Assembly (NCBI GenBank): GCA_010356995.1
Contig: ML996688.1
Location: 930,001-994,000, forward strand
Origin: Trichodelitschia bisporula
Lineage: Eukaryota
Direction of reading: 5' to 3'
Length of the DNA: 64,000 nucleotides
The translations under genes and the position numbers were made by a program. The notes beneath the pieces were generated by a model. It did no database searches. It worked only from the letters and a program-made list of their open reading frames with translations, and had not been told where the DNA came from. Below are positions 49,905 to 61,461 of this stretch, piece by piece; position 1 is the first letter of the stretch; each line of letters begins with the position of its first letter.

Positions 49905-51455
49905 CTAGATCGTCGTGGCAGCTGGAACCGCCCCCAGCCTAAGCGGCGCACCGTCCTCGACGTTTTCCGCCGCACCACCCACATTCCCGCTCTTCGACAC
50001 TCCAGCGTGGTTCCGATTCCACTCCCGTACTGCCAAAATCATTCCGTCCATCGTGTTCGTGAAAGGCTTGTACGCAATTCCTCCCTCCTCAACTGGCTTC
50101 CGTGCGGCGTCATCTATCGCGATAGTGTTCGAACATGCGGTAAGCACGGGCGGCTGAATCATCATTATGTCACCTGAAGGTTCCGGTACCAATGCGTTCA
50201 GAGGACCAAAGTACGTCCATAGCAGATGGTACATCTCGACAAGGTGCCCCAAGATTACCATCGGCAAAGCGGGGATGAAATTTGCCTTGAACCCTGTCAC
50301 GGAATGCAGGGAAAGCAACCGGTACAGGTCTCTAAAAGCAATGGGCTTGCCGTTGTCGTGAACATTGAAAGTTTTGCCGTTGACCTTACGGAACTTCGGC
50401 GAGAGAAGCGCAGCTTCGAACTGCAAGTGTGCCAGCGCGACATTGTCGGCAGAAACCCAAGTCGCGATGTTATTGGGGACCCAGCTGTACACATTAGCCT
50501 CTACCGCAGATTCAACGGGCATACGAACGTTGGGATCTCGCATCGCCTAAGATACTCGCCAAGCGACATATCGTTTTTGCCTGCATAGATCGCATTTCCA
50601 GGGCGTATCAACCCAGTCCTGAAATCATCCGTTGCAGCGTTCATGATGATCCTCTCTCCTGCAGCTTTGGTGACGGCGTAATTCGAAAAGAATTCCCAAT
50701 GGCTTCTCAGAGGCTTGTATGCGTCGCTTTCATCGTATACTTGTCCAATGTACTTGGGATATTTTGCCCAAAGTGGCATCCACCATTCAACCCCGCGGAT
50801 CGCTAACGAGGCCGAGGACGTAGCTACCACTATATCGGCGCCGACGGCTTTGGCCGCATTGATAACGTGTGTCGAGCCATGCGTGTTTACACCCGCAGAG
50901 CGTGGGAGATGCACCGGCCAACGTTCCCACGGGCGTATGACAGCGGCAACGTGAATGACAGTGGTGGGAAGATCGGGGACCCCTTTCGGCCAGGGTGCGC
51001 TGAAAGCTTTGGTGGTTGCATCTTGCTTGCTGATGTCGACTTGCACATAAGGGACACCTGTGGCTACGGAATTGGAACGCGGGGGCGCGAAGTCGACGTT
51101 GCGGATAGTGTCAGCGGGCTGGCCACGGAGCAGAAGCTGCTTAATGACATGGCTGCCGACAGATCCTACGCGCGCGTCAGTCACTGCGGCTCTACCGGAG
51201 GATAGAGTGTAGCTTCGTACCTGAGCCTCCAACCACGATGTACCGTCTCTCCTGCTTGGGCGGAAGATGCTTCGCGAGGTCCGGGGGGTTCTTGTCGATG
51301 CACTTATAGGCCTCGAGGAGTTCTTCATCCGTCCATCGGTGTGGTGAAAGCTTCAGGATTTCCTCTGGGATAGTGGAAAGCGCAGTGTGGAGACGCCAGA
51401 GGTACAGTGCAAGAGCCAGACCCGCGACTGCCCCTGCCCCAGTAAGAAGATCCAT
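49905..51455 (-). CDS. 3-beta-hydroxysteroid dehydrogenase/isomerase-family extended SDR with N-terminal anchor; introns 51220-51166 and 50528-50485
   Basis: IVVGGSG|SVG Rossmann motif, VIHVAA, TSSAS, catalytic YAVTK, IRPGN. Confidence 0.87.
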
Positions 51456-52326
51456 AACGTAGGACGGGTTCTTCCGCGTAGATCTGGGACTAACGGCGAC
51501 TAGCCTATGGCATGTTAACAACACCGCACAAAAAAATGGTACTTGAATACGAACGAAATGAAGATACTCCAGAGTAAGGCCGGTCTCGCAGAATAAGTAC
51601 AACAAGATGAATGAGGCCAGATGGCGGAGGGGCTGGTAGTTCGAAGCGACCAGCGGCTGGCGGCTCAGGCCCCCAGCAAAAACGCGCTTAGGCGTCCCAC
51701 TCCCGCCCCCCTAGATCGGTAGCTTCATCACGGAATCCTCGTCATCAAAGCTCTCTCTAATTGGTCAAGTCTATTTCCCTTTTGAGACAGCAAAATCGCA
51801 AGCTTTCCTAAATTGACATTCATGTGTGTGGGCTCTACGGGTAATCCGTAAAGGATGAGAGTCTCGACGGCCGCAGGCCCGATCAAAGCGTTAGCATTTA
51901 CCGACATCTCCCCACAAGTTCTTTCTTCCAACCATATATACCGATATTAAGAAGCAGGTTCGAGCTGGTCGTTCCCTGTCAGGGCATTGTGCTCCGACTA
52001 CATTGCAGCCACGCCCCCAAAGGTTAAAGGACAGTTCCCCCAGGACAAGGGGTCCCGTCCAATACCCAAAACCGAAAGCTGACGACTGTCAAATGAGAAA
52101 CGACGCGGGGGAGGCGTTTCTTGCGTCTTGACCTGTCGTTCCGTCGGGTTTCGGCACGCTTCATACGCAGTATGGTATCAAGGTCTGTATAAACCGTTGC
52201 ATTTTCTCGTGGTCCGTGGTCAAGTACTACGAATACAATATCGAAGTTGGTAAGGTTATGCACTGTGCCCCACTACCACCATACTACCATCCATCCTCGC
52301 AGCGGTGATCACTTGATTGTCAAGGT

Positions 52327-52963
52327 CTACTCGTCGTCCTCCTCATCTACGCACCCTTAGCATAGCCAGAAATCCCAGGGAATCACATACCACGGGCGCC
52401 CTTGGGGAAGCCTCCGAAGCCCTTAGGGGGGCCCTTGGGAGCCGAGGGGGCAGCGCCCTTAGGAGCCGGGGCAGGAGCACCAGGAGCCGCGGGGGCGGCA
52501 GGGGCACCGGGAGCCTGGCCCTTGGGGAAAGCACCACCGAAGCCGCCCTTGGGGAAGCCACCGAACTGACCAGCTTCACCCTTAGGGAACTGGGGACGGT
52601 CGCCCTTGGGGAAGCCGCCGAAGCCGCCGAAGCCCTTGGGGGCATCACCCTTGGGGGCGGCGGGAGGAGCACCCTTGGGAGCAGCAGGAGGAGCGCCCTT
52701 GGGGGTGTAGGGAGCAACGGTGGGAGGAACGCCCTTGGGAAGACCACCCTTGGGGAAGCCACCCTTGGGGAAGCCACCCTTGGGGGAGCCGCCTGTGATG
52801 TCAGCAAAAGTAAGGCAAACGAGGAAAGGCACGCACCGAAATCGGGGGCAACGGCCGGAGAGTCATCCTCATCGTCATCGAGGAAACCCCACTGGCGCTT
52901 CTCCATCATCGCCGGAGAGGCAAACGCCATAGCGGCGAGGCTGAGCCATACGAAGGTACGCAT
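52327..52963 (-). CDS. Secreted Pro-Lys-Gly repeat protein, 182 aa; exons 52963-52837, 52792-52391, 52346-52327
   Basis: Signal peptide MRTFVWLSLAAMAFA, EKR dibasic site, DDDEDD, 16 PKG units, C-terminal DEEDDE*. Two canonical introns join three frames. TATAAA at 53074-53069. Confidence 0.85.
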
Positions 52964-55242
52964 TTTGGTTAAGCGAATGACTGATTTGTAAAGACCGTTG
53001 AGTGGAAAGAAGAAATATTTGACTGATAGCTGGATGGACTTCAGCTTGTACGGGAGATAAATGTGTGCTTTATACACATTCGGATTCATCCCTCTGCCCA
53101 CTATCCGCGGCCCGGATGGATGCTGTCAGCGAGGGCGGAACTGGCAAATCACCCCATCCCAGCCCCGGGCCACGGGGGGCGTACAGTTGTGGAGGTCCCG
53201 AGAATGGACAGCCTAAGGGGTTAGTCGATCCTCGCAGGCATTCGCCACGCTCGTGTTAAGGTCCACTGTCTGTATTGATGTTGTGATCGCTTTGGCGGGG
53301 TTGTGGCCAATAGCCGGCGCCGCCAATTGACATGGTAACGTGCCGGGAAAGCGAGATTTGGCTTCTGACCTTTGAGCACCCGGAGCTAACTTAAAATAAC
53401 AAGATAGCACGAGCTTGCGTGATGAAGAAGCACTTCTTGGACTCTCAATTGCCCTAGTAGTCAGCTGGGGGGGTTCCAGAAACATTTTTCCTAGCGGCTG
53501 TCGAGCAACCTTTGCAATTCCAGGTCTCTACCCCACGCCTCTAGGCGCGATAGCAGGCGCGCGTTGCAAGTTGATAGGGCTGTTGCCGAGGTGTGTCGTA
53601 CGTCCAGCAGTTTCATCCAGAATGTCGGATGACGCGGGGGGTGCCCTGGCCAGCAACCCAGGAATCCGGTGTTCTGACAGCCTGGTCCAGAATTCTGTTG
53701 GACAGTAACACCATCTGCGAAGGCAAGCAGGTACGCGTCCTGCTGTTGAGCGGGGGTTGTTGGGATCTGGAGGGCATTGGGCTGTTGCAGTACATTGCGT
53801 CAACATAAGCTCGGCTGCGTTTATGGAGAGTGCGAATCACGAGGCACAGCAACTAACCAAGTGCTGGCAGTTAGCTCATGTATGCTGGGCCCGTCGGGGA
53901 TGCCTTAGCCCTGTGCTCTTAGGGCATTTGCTTCAGACTCCGATTCGGCTCGCGTCAAGGTGCTACTTCCAGTGTATAGTCGCCACTCCCGCTCCTGTGT
54001 GATATGCTGGTAACAGTGTAAAAGCAGGTTCGAACATTCAGCATTCACCGCGGGCGTTTTTCTGAGCACGGAAGAGGAATCTCAATGGCTAGTCCGGCCT
54101 ATGTGTCGAGTTAGCAACTCCATATTTCGCATGGAAGCACATTCAGAGACGCATTCGCCATAATCTTGGTTATCGCGCTTACTTTCGACAGTATCCTTAC
54201 TGATGGGCCCTCAGCCGGGCGATCTCCGGGATGAGGTGGAGGACAAGCTACAATATATTTGATGAATCCGGCGCTTTGCAACACTGGCGACATGCCATTC
54301 GCAATTCCGTCAATCGAGGTGCCCATTCGCCATACACTCCATGCACTTTCTCATGGCATCTCGGCGTTGATAGTGGCGACTACATTAACCATTAAGATGA
54401 TGGCCCCATTCACAGAGCCAGGCCATGAGGCATGGTGAGAGGCAAGGGAAGCCGATCACGTCAGGGCAAGGGAAAGTGACAGCGAGATTGGCATCAGCGA
54501 TCAGAATAGATGAAATCAGAGGATTGTCTGTTGTTCTTGCAAAACGTTGGTGGTCGTGAAAGAGTGTCGTCACGGTGGAACGATCATCCTGACCGTCTCA
54601 GCCGAAGCCACTGTTGTTCTGTTGTGCCACACCCAGCCACTTTCACGATTTAACTCGCTCCTTCCTCCCTAGTTCTTCGATGACGTGGTGAGCCAAATGG
54701 CCTCTCGCCCGTATTCAATCCGACTTCCGACATGGCATCCCGGAGCAGAGAACTTCATGTTTCTCTGTCCTCCAAACACACACCCATGCGTCGATCGGCT
54801 CCCGAATACCTTCTCTGCTCCCAACGGCGATCATCATGCCCGTGATGCTCCGGAAGGACCGGACGCAATCTCCGGATTCTGAGGCTCGGGACGAGCATGA
54901 ATGAGCGCGGTTGCCGCACCATGCACCGATTTTATAGGGCCGCTCTGCTTGAGTAAATGAATAATGTCTTCGCTCTCAATGACCCCGCACCAAACTGACC
55001 CCACGCAGGTGTCTAACTCCAACCAACGAAGTCCAAGGTCGAACCAAGCTTTGCCCGTGCTGTGAGGCGTCGCCTAGGTCCAGCTCCATAAATACCATAG
55101 CCGCGTTTGGAGCATACTGTACTGCGATGTCGCTCACACACGCTAGCAAGCCATTCGACTAGCCTTCTGTTTCTTCCGAAGCTATCGAGTTTGCCTTTGT
55201 TATCGTAAGACCGTTCTCCGTCGAATGTGTATCTTCTAGGAA

Positions 55243-55270
55243 CGACAGCGGGGGCCGACAGCGGGGGCCG
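55243..55270. repeat. 13-bp tandem duplication (GACAGCGGGGGCC) x2
   Basis: Direct reading in intergenic DNA. Confidence 0.75.
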
Positions 55271-56063
55271 AAACTCAGACGCACCTTTACCGAGATGTCA
55301 AGGTGCCGAAGTTGCTGGGGCATCTAAGCCTTGAGGCTCCTGCTCAACAACGTTTGCGTAGATTGAATTTCAGGCCCATGGCATCATTGCGATCAGAGCT
55401 GGGCATATGAGCATCTTGACGGAGCAATTGGTGGAACGGATTCCGCCCCAGATCGAATGCTCCATGAGTGAATGTTCCGGAATAACAGCCAGGCATGTGC
55501 AAAAGATCTGAATCTGCTGGCAAACACCTAGCTCAGCCCACATGGGCTTTTCTCGGGAGGCTTTTCGACGATATCCGGGAACCTGGGGCATAATTCACAT
55601 GCGCTCCGAACTCAAGGGCGCTAGAAGTTCTAGGATAATGCTGGAAATAGCTTTGGCATCCCGATAACATGCTTTCCCTGCGCCTTCACAAGCGAGTCCG
55701 TGACTCGGGAAACTCCAGTGGCTTTGTGTTGGTGGGCAACAGCCGGTTGCGGTTGCGGCTGCGCCTTTACAAGGCGCTTCCGTCCGTGACCCCATTTTCA
55801 GACCTAGTTCTAATTCCCTCACGGCTTCAATTTTCACAATTCCGATCTAGCCAGCTGACCGCTAAGTCAGTTTCACGCATAGGTTACCTTGGAACTGGTA
55901 CGCCATGAATACTTACCCTCATCTTCATAACTGCGTTCTATCCGAAGCGAGCTCAACATTTGTGTTGCTTTTAGTATCATTTTGGAACAAGGTCCTCATT
56001 GTAAGCTACTCACGTCAAGGACTCCGATTTCCCCTGTAGCTCGAAGAACCTGCTAACTTCTCC

Positions 56064-57511
56064 CTAGTAATTAGCTTCTGCAAGCTGTCAGCACATTGCA
56101 CGTCATCGATGAGAGTGTCTGGCTTACGGTCGTTCCAATAAGTGGTGTCATGCAGAACCTCCTGCCCTGCGACCTCTTCTTCCACCTCCCACCCGAATTT
56201 CATACGGAGATACTGAATCAACGCACTCCCTAACTTCACGTGCCCCACATCCGTATAGTGCCACTGCGGTCCGATGTCGTTGTGCGTCATCAACCCACTC
56301 GTGTTGAAGTAGTGGACGTATCCCTCCTTTTCAAAGGTCTTATACACGCCCCAAATCTCGTCCACCCACGATCCTCCCTGTCGCCATCGATATCCATCAT
56401 TCCAATACCCGCTCCAGAGGGAGACGAGAACAATCTGCGCCTTGGGCCAGACGGTATGGATTCCCTGCACCAGTTCCTTGTATGCGCTCACATACCGCTC
56501 GGCAGTGACATTGTTCGCCGTGTTGTTATCGTTGGTCCCGATGTGAATGAGGACCACATCCGCAGCCGGATGGCGGGTGAAGTCCCATTTCTCCTCCCCA
56601 AGGCTGTTTCCCCGCCACGACGTGTCCCGCGTTTGGAACCATTGATGTGCCTGGCCTCGTGGGTTGCCCCAGCACGGCGCGTCAACGAGACACACGCCTG
56701 GATATGCGGTGATGCTGGATTCGACACCGAGTCCGCGGGACACTTGCCACGCCCAGGAGGAGAGCGCCTCGTAGCTCGCGTACTGGCCGGCGGTGAGCGA
56801 GTCGCCGATGACTTCGAGAGTGCGTCCAAAGGTGGGCGCGCGGTGAAGGTGGGCGCCGGGGCTGAGATGGATGGCTTGGAGTTGGATGCCGTAGGCCCAG
56901 TTTGAGACGTAGAGCTCGAAGGTCTGGATCGTGGTGTTTGAGGGGTTGATGGGGGCGCCCAGAACATGCGGATGCCATGGTTGGAGTGCAGGGACGGGGG
57001 ATGGGAGAGGGTAAAATTGGTGCGTGCTGCTTGACGAGATATTGGTGAAGGTCCAGTCCTGACCGTTTACCCGGAAGCCGACGAGGACGTTGGGCGAGGT
57101 CTGCGGGCCGAAGGAGAGGGCAAGCTAATCGGTAAGCAGGTGGGTACCAGCATCAGGTAAGTGACCGTGCCTTGGATCCTGTAAAGCGGAACTTGATGCC
57201 AGGAGCGCTGGAGAGGTTGAGTATGACTTTTGGCACAAAGTTGATATACTTACGACCACCCTAAGAGCCAGATATCAGTCAGGTCGGACGGGGCTTCAAG
57301 TCATGAACGTACACGAGATGTATTGACTATCCCATCGCCCCTTGTACGAGATCTCGCTCGAATTGGGCGGGAATGTTAACCAATTACTGCTTTGGGAAGC
57401 GGAAGCGATTTTAGTATCCGGGAAGACAACACGACGCTCTTGTCCATTCTGAATGATTGACGAGGAAACGAGAGTGAGGACCGACAAAATACAGGCCAAA
57501 ATGAGTGACAT
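56064..57511 (-). CDS. Secreted SGNH/GDSL esterase, CE2-like; exons 57511-57313, 57260-57254, 57207-57171, 57124-56128, 56077-56064
   Basis: Signal peptide; SYKGRWD..SWWSAPGIKF; FELYVSNWAYGIQ; IGDSLTAG (block I); IGTND (block III); PQWHYT. Confidence 0.87.
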
Positions 57512-59253
57512 GGCTACAGCCTCGAGCAATGCAGCGCTTCCGGATAGCTACCGCCGACGAAAGATCTATCCAAAGGGGAATTGGCCATGATGACCTATTA
57601 TTTAACCTACCTGACAACACGAAGCTTTCTGCTTGAAGGTGCAATAACTCCCGGAGGAAATAAATCCCAGATTAAGTTGGTCCAGCGTTCCTCTAGCCGT
57701 CGCACAATAGGTTTAGCCAAAGCTCGGGGCTCCCGGAGAACAAAGAGGAGGAGGCTTTGCGGAGACAAAAGCCTCACCTCCCACGACGACCACACGATCG
57801 GCTTTAACCCGTTCCGCATCCCAGATCCACCTGGAACGGGAGTCGCAAAGCCATCCCCCTATGGGACGTGGTGCCGTTCTGACAGAAGAAGCAAACAAGC
57901 CAGGCATCAACGGTGCCGCGGGAGCTACCGTAATACTACAGTACTTTACTCCCATCCCTTGCTAGCTTCCCCTCGGGGAGGGGGGGGCTTTAAACAGCTG
58001 ACTTTCATATGCGAGGCAGCACATCGGGAGAATCACCAGGCGGCGCCCAATCAGCGCCAGACATACCCCTCCTCGGCCTCGTGCCGACGGGGTAGCATCT
58101 TGCAAGTTGCAAGGGGCCGGGTGAGGGGATAGATAGCACGCAGACAAGGTGTTGTAACACGCTGCTACAACTTAGTCTACTTTCTCCGTTCACAGGTCAT
58201 CCGCGGCGTCAATGGCTCCGGAACGGGTCGGGGGATGGAGTGAGAGGTCGGGAGTGCCGGTCTTTGGGTGTTAGCGAGGGGGTTGATGCGAGTGGCTAGA
58301 GTTGGTTGGATGTGGGGACAATGCGGGTGAGGTAAATAGAAGAGGTGCGGGCACCAAAGAGGCGGTGGGACAAGAAGCATCTCAGCGTAATGGGGCCAGA
58401 GATTCGACGGCGGGCCGACCAATGTGCGACGATGAATTTTGCTTTCTCACGTTACTGACGCCCGTTCTCCGCGCGCGCGCGCCCCTTCTCGCTGGCTGGA
58501 GTTGCAAGAGCCTCTGCAGTTGGGATGTGTGCGCACGCTTGCAGCGACGTGCAGCCGCCCTGTGAGAGTTGCTGGATGTCGATGATGCTTTTGCCCAGGG
58601 GGTTACGGCAAAATGTCTCTCGATAATATGGTTAACGATGCTGAGCCGCGGGACAGTGTTGTAGTGAAAAGAGGCGCGATGACCGGTAGCCGCACATGTT
58701 TGCGAGGAGTGCGACGAATAAATTGCAGTTGCATCTATTGTTGCTCGAGTTCGGCCAGTGTTTAAGCTCGTCTTATTATTTTCTTTGATTTTCTCTCCGC
58801 TCGGATTCGCTTGTTCGACGTCGTGGGGAGAGAGAGATCGAAGACAGGGCCAGTTACAAGGGAGAGTGAGAGTTCGTGGGATGTGTGGATGTGTGTGGGA
58901 ACTGCTCTCTTTACTTTTTTCCACCTTTCCAACCGCCTCCACCACCACCACACTCCACCATCCGATCCCTCAGCTCGCCAGTTATTCCTCCCTCGAACCC
59001 GTCCAAAAGCAACGTTACGCCCATCCCGCCTCTCCCTCTTATGACGCTCTGATCCGGGGCTTCGAAGAGTCGGAGAGCGGCCGCTTCCATCACGCTCCTC
59101 GGCCACCCCCATCGTCACCCTCACACAACAAAACCACCACCACCGCGCCCTCCTCACCCCACTCCAACACGCGAACAAACAATTACAATGCCCGCCCGCC
59201 TAGGACCATGGTCACAACCCCCCATCGCCCACCGCACACTACTCCCCCAGTAA

Positions 59254-59820
59254 ATGGCCGCCTCGTCGCCGCCCCACTCCATCCCGGACACCCAGCTCGG
59301 TCTCTCGGCCGGCGAACTCCAGCTCCTGCGCTACCACCAGCACGTTGCGCTCGGCGCCGGCGGCAGCCAGCACGCGCGCACCCAGAGCTCGCATTCCTAC
59401 GCTGGGTCCAGCAGTCACACTGCCAGCGCTGCCAGCAGCGGGGCGGGACGCCTGCTGCTCGATGCTGGCAGTTTAAGTGCGTTGGCTGCGCATTTTGATC
59501 GCTTGATGGCGAGTATACAGCAGAGGTGGATGGCGGTATGTGCTTGCCTTTTCTTGTTGCTGAGGTATCACTGGTGGTGGCTCAATTGGTGTAAGGAGGC
59601 TGATGGGTTACAGCTCTACCAGGAGACGCAGACGGCGACGCAGTCACAATATGATCGCGCGGGGAATTTGATTCAGCAGGCCGATGCGCAGATTGCGCGC
59701 TTTCACGAGGTGCTTAGGCAAATCGATGAGTTGCAGACGGAGTTTGCGAAGGTGCAGAGGATTGGAGAGATTGTTAAGGGGTTCAGGGCGCGTGTTGAGG
59801 CGCTCGATCGGCATTTTTGA
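59254..59820 (+). CDS. CNL1: Probable BLOC-1 subunit Cnl1 (coiled coil); intron 59536-59613
   Basis: IPDTQLGLS..ELQLLRYHQ, GRLLLDAGSL..HFDRL, LRQIDELQTEFAKV..I..IVK.FRARVE. Assigned from recall of Pezizomycotina Cnl1 sequences. Confidence 0.72.
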   Translation: MAASSPPHSIPDTQLGLSAGELQLLRYHQHVALGAGGSQHARTQSSHSYAGSSSHTASAASSGAGRLLLDAGSLSALAAHFDRLMASIQQRWMAVCACLFLLLRYHWWWLNWCKEADGLQLYQETQTATQSQYDRAGNLIQQADAQIARFHEVLRQIDELQTEFAKVQRIGEIVKGFRARVEALDRHF

Positions 59821-61461
59821 GGACACACATATGGTGCCGATGGTAAATAAGAAAGAGGAGGAGCAACGGCGGGTCCTGGTGACTCCGCTGGGATAAACTA
59901 CACTTCACGACGCGGGCGGTACTCTGGACTATCGCATCGCTTTGTTCGATGAACACATTTTTTTGGATTCGTCTGGCTTTTACACGGATGTCCTCGCGGA
60001 CGAGCGCTACTTTGGCTTTTCTTTTCTATCGGGACAGACTTACACGGATATGCCTCGCGGCATGGGGAACATTGGAAGCGTTTATGGGATGGAAAGACTG
60101 ATCCACAGCCTCGCGGCTATCTCACCGGAGCTTCTTCTTTTTTGGACATATACCCCCTACCATCTGGATTACTGTTTTCATTTCTGCCTGTCCTCTTTTA
60201 CAACTCGCACTTGGTTTCCTGCCCCCCGATGGCTCGTGCCACGGGGACTATCGATCTGTACGTTGTAATCCCCTCGCGCGGTGCCTCGCTCGCGATCCTT
60301 CACTGCGTTGCAAGCGCAGCCTAAAAGTCGTTTAGCTATAGCACTTTCTTCCCCCTCCCCGTTCCACCGGGGCCGGGGCCTTTGTATGTACGCACGCGCT
60401 CAGCATAATCTAGTCTTCGGGACCGGCACGCTGGTTCTCGAGTCCCGATCCCCGCGGTGGAGCCATTGCGTGCCTTGCGTTCGCGTGAATGTGTGGCTCG
60501 GGCTCTTGGTGGGGAGATTTTTCTTGGGGACTTGTGCTACGCTCAGTATGACGCATGATGCTGACTAGGGATGGGGTTGGGGTAGGCTGGATGAGAGATG
60601 GTGAGCTTGTGTGAGGTGGTTGACGTAAGATTAGTGAGTGGATGGCCGGGGGTGATATTCCGAAGGTAAGCAGGGGAAGAGCGTGTGGGTGCGATCGGGG
60701 GTTCGCTGGGGTGAGCGGCTTTTGGGGTTGATGTCGATGGGGTGGGTCTAGGTGCTTGATCCCACCGCAGATAAGGAGCCCCGGCTATCGCTCTTTGTCG
60801 AACTCTGGGCTAGATATCACGCCTCCACCTGGGTTTAGCCGACCTTCCTAATCGGTGAGGAGGTGGCGCCTCTTTCATCTGGTCAGATGAACCATTTGAA
60901 TATCCAGCTTAACGTGAGATGAACCGGTCTTCACTCCATAGTGCCTAGACTGTCGTTCGCACCCGGTATGCAGGCCTCACAAGGCCGATCGACGGACAAG
61001 GCTGGAACGGACGACCAATCACCCGCGCCAGCGCACCAGGAAGCAAGCAAGCATGTTTCCAACGATGGATTCAACGATATATTCTTCGTTGTAGTCTCCG
61101 GCCACCAAAGGCCAGAGCAGAGTTCGCCCAAGATACGCGGCTGAAGGAGGCGAGACGGCCTATCTCCATCTACGAAACACTCCGCCGCCCCGCTGTGCCG
61201 CCCTCATAACCCGCTCGAGCAGCCGCTCGCATTCCCAGTCCCCCCAGTCGTGATACACCCCCCCCCCCCCCACCTCCCCGGAAAGACGTTAAGTAGATTA
61301 CAAGAAAAGACTCCCCGCGCTCAATCGAGGGCGTCAAAAATCCAAGATCCAAAGAAAATGTTCCCAAAAAAAAAGGTGGTATCATCTATCATCACTCCCC
61401 ACATCCCGGCGCAACAAGGCATATACAAAAAGCCCCCCCCCCCCTTCCGTTGCGGTCGCAC

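Noticed and set aside
50485..50528. Apparent frameshift in the 3-beta-HSD-like gene
   Set aside because: Explained by a 44-nt GT-AG intron that restores the frame (IPT|WVP).
52391..52792. Recurrent CCCTTGGG motif resembling a CRISPR or binding-site array
   Set aside because: It is the reverse complement of CCC AAG GG encoding Pro-Lys-Gly in a spliced gene. The genome is eukaryotic and has no cas genes here.
51950..54040. GGTTCGA T-loop-like words at about 51957 and 54027 as tRNAs
   Set aside because: No cloverleaf stems or D-loop around them by eye. tRNAscan-SE would settle it.
47383..57511. Possible RiPP or secondary-metabolite cluster (MFS + SDR + repeat peptide + esterase)
   Set aside because: No DUF3328/UstYa oxidase, synthase or peptidase is visible. 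The PKG units are not separated by KR sites. The neighbours look like unrelated genes.
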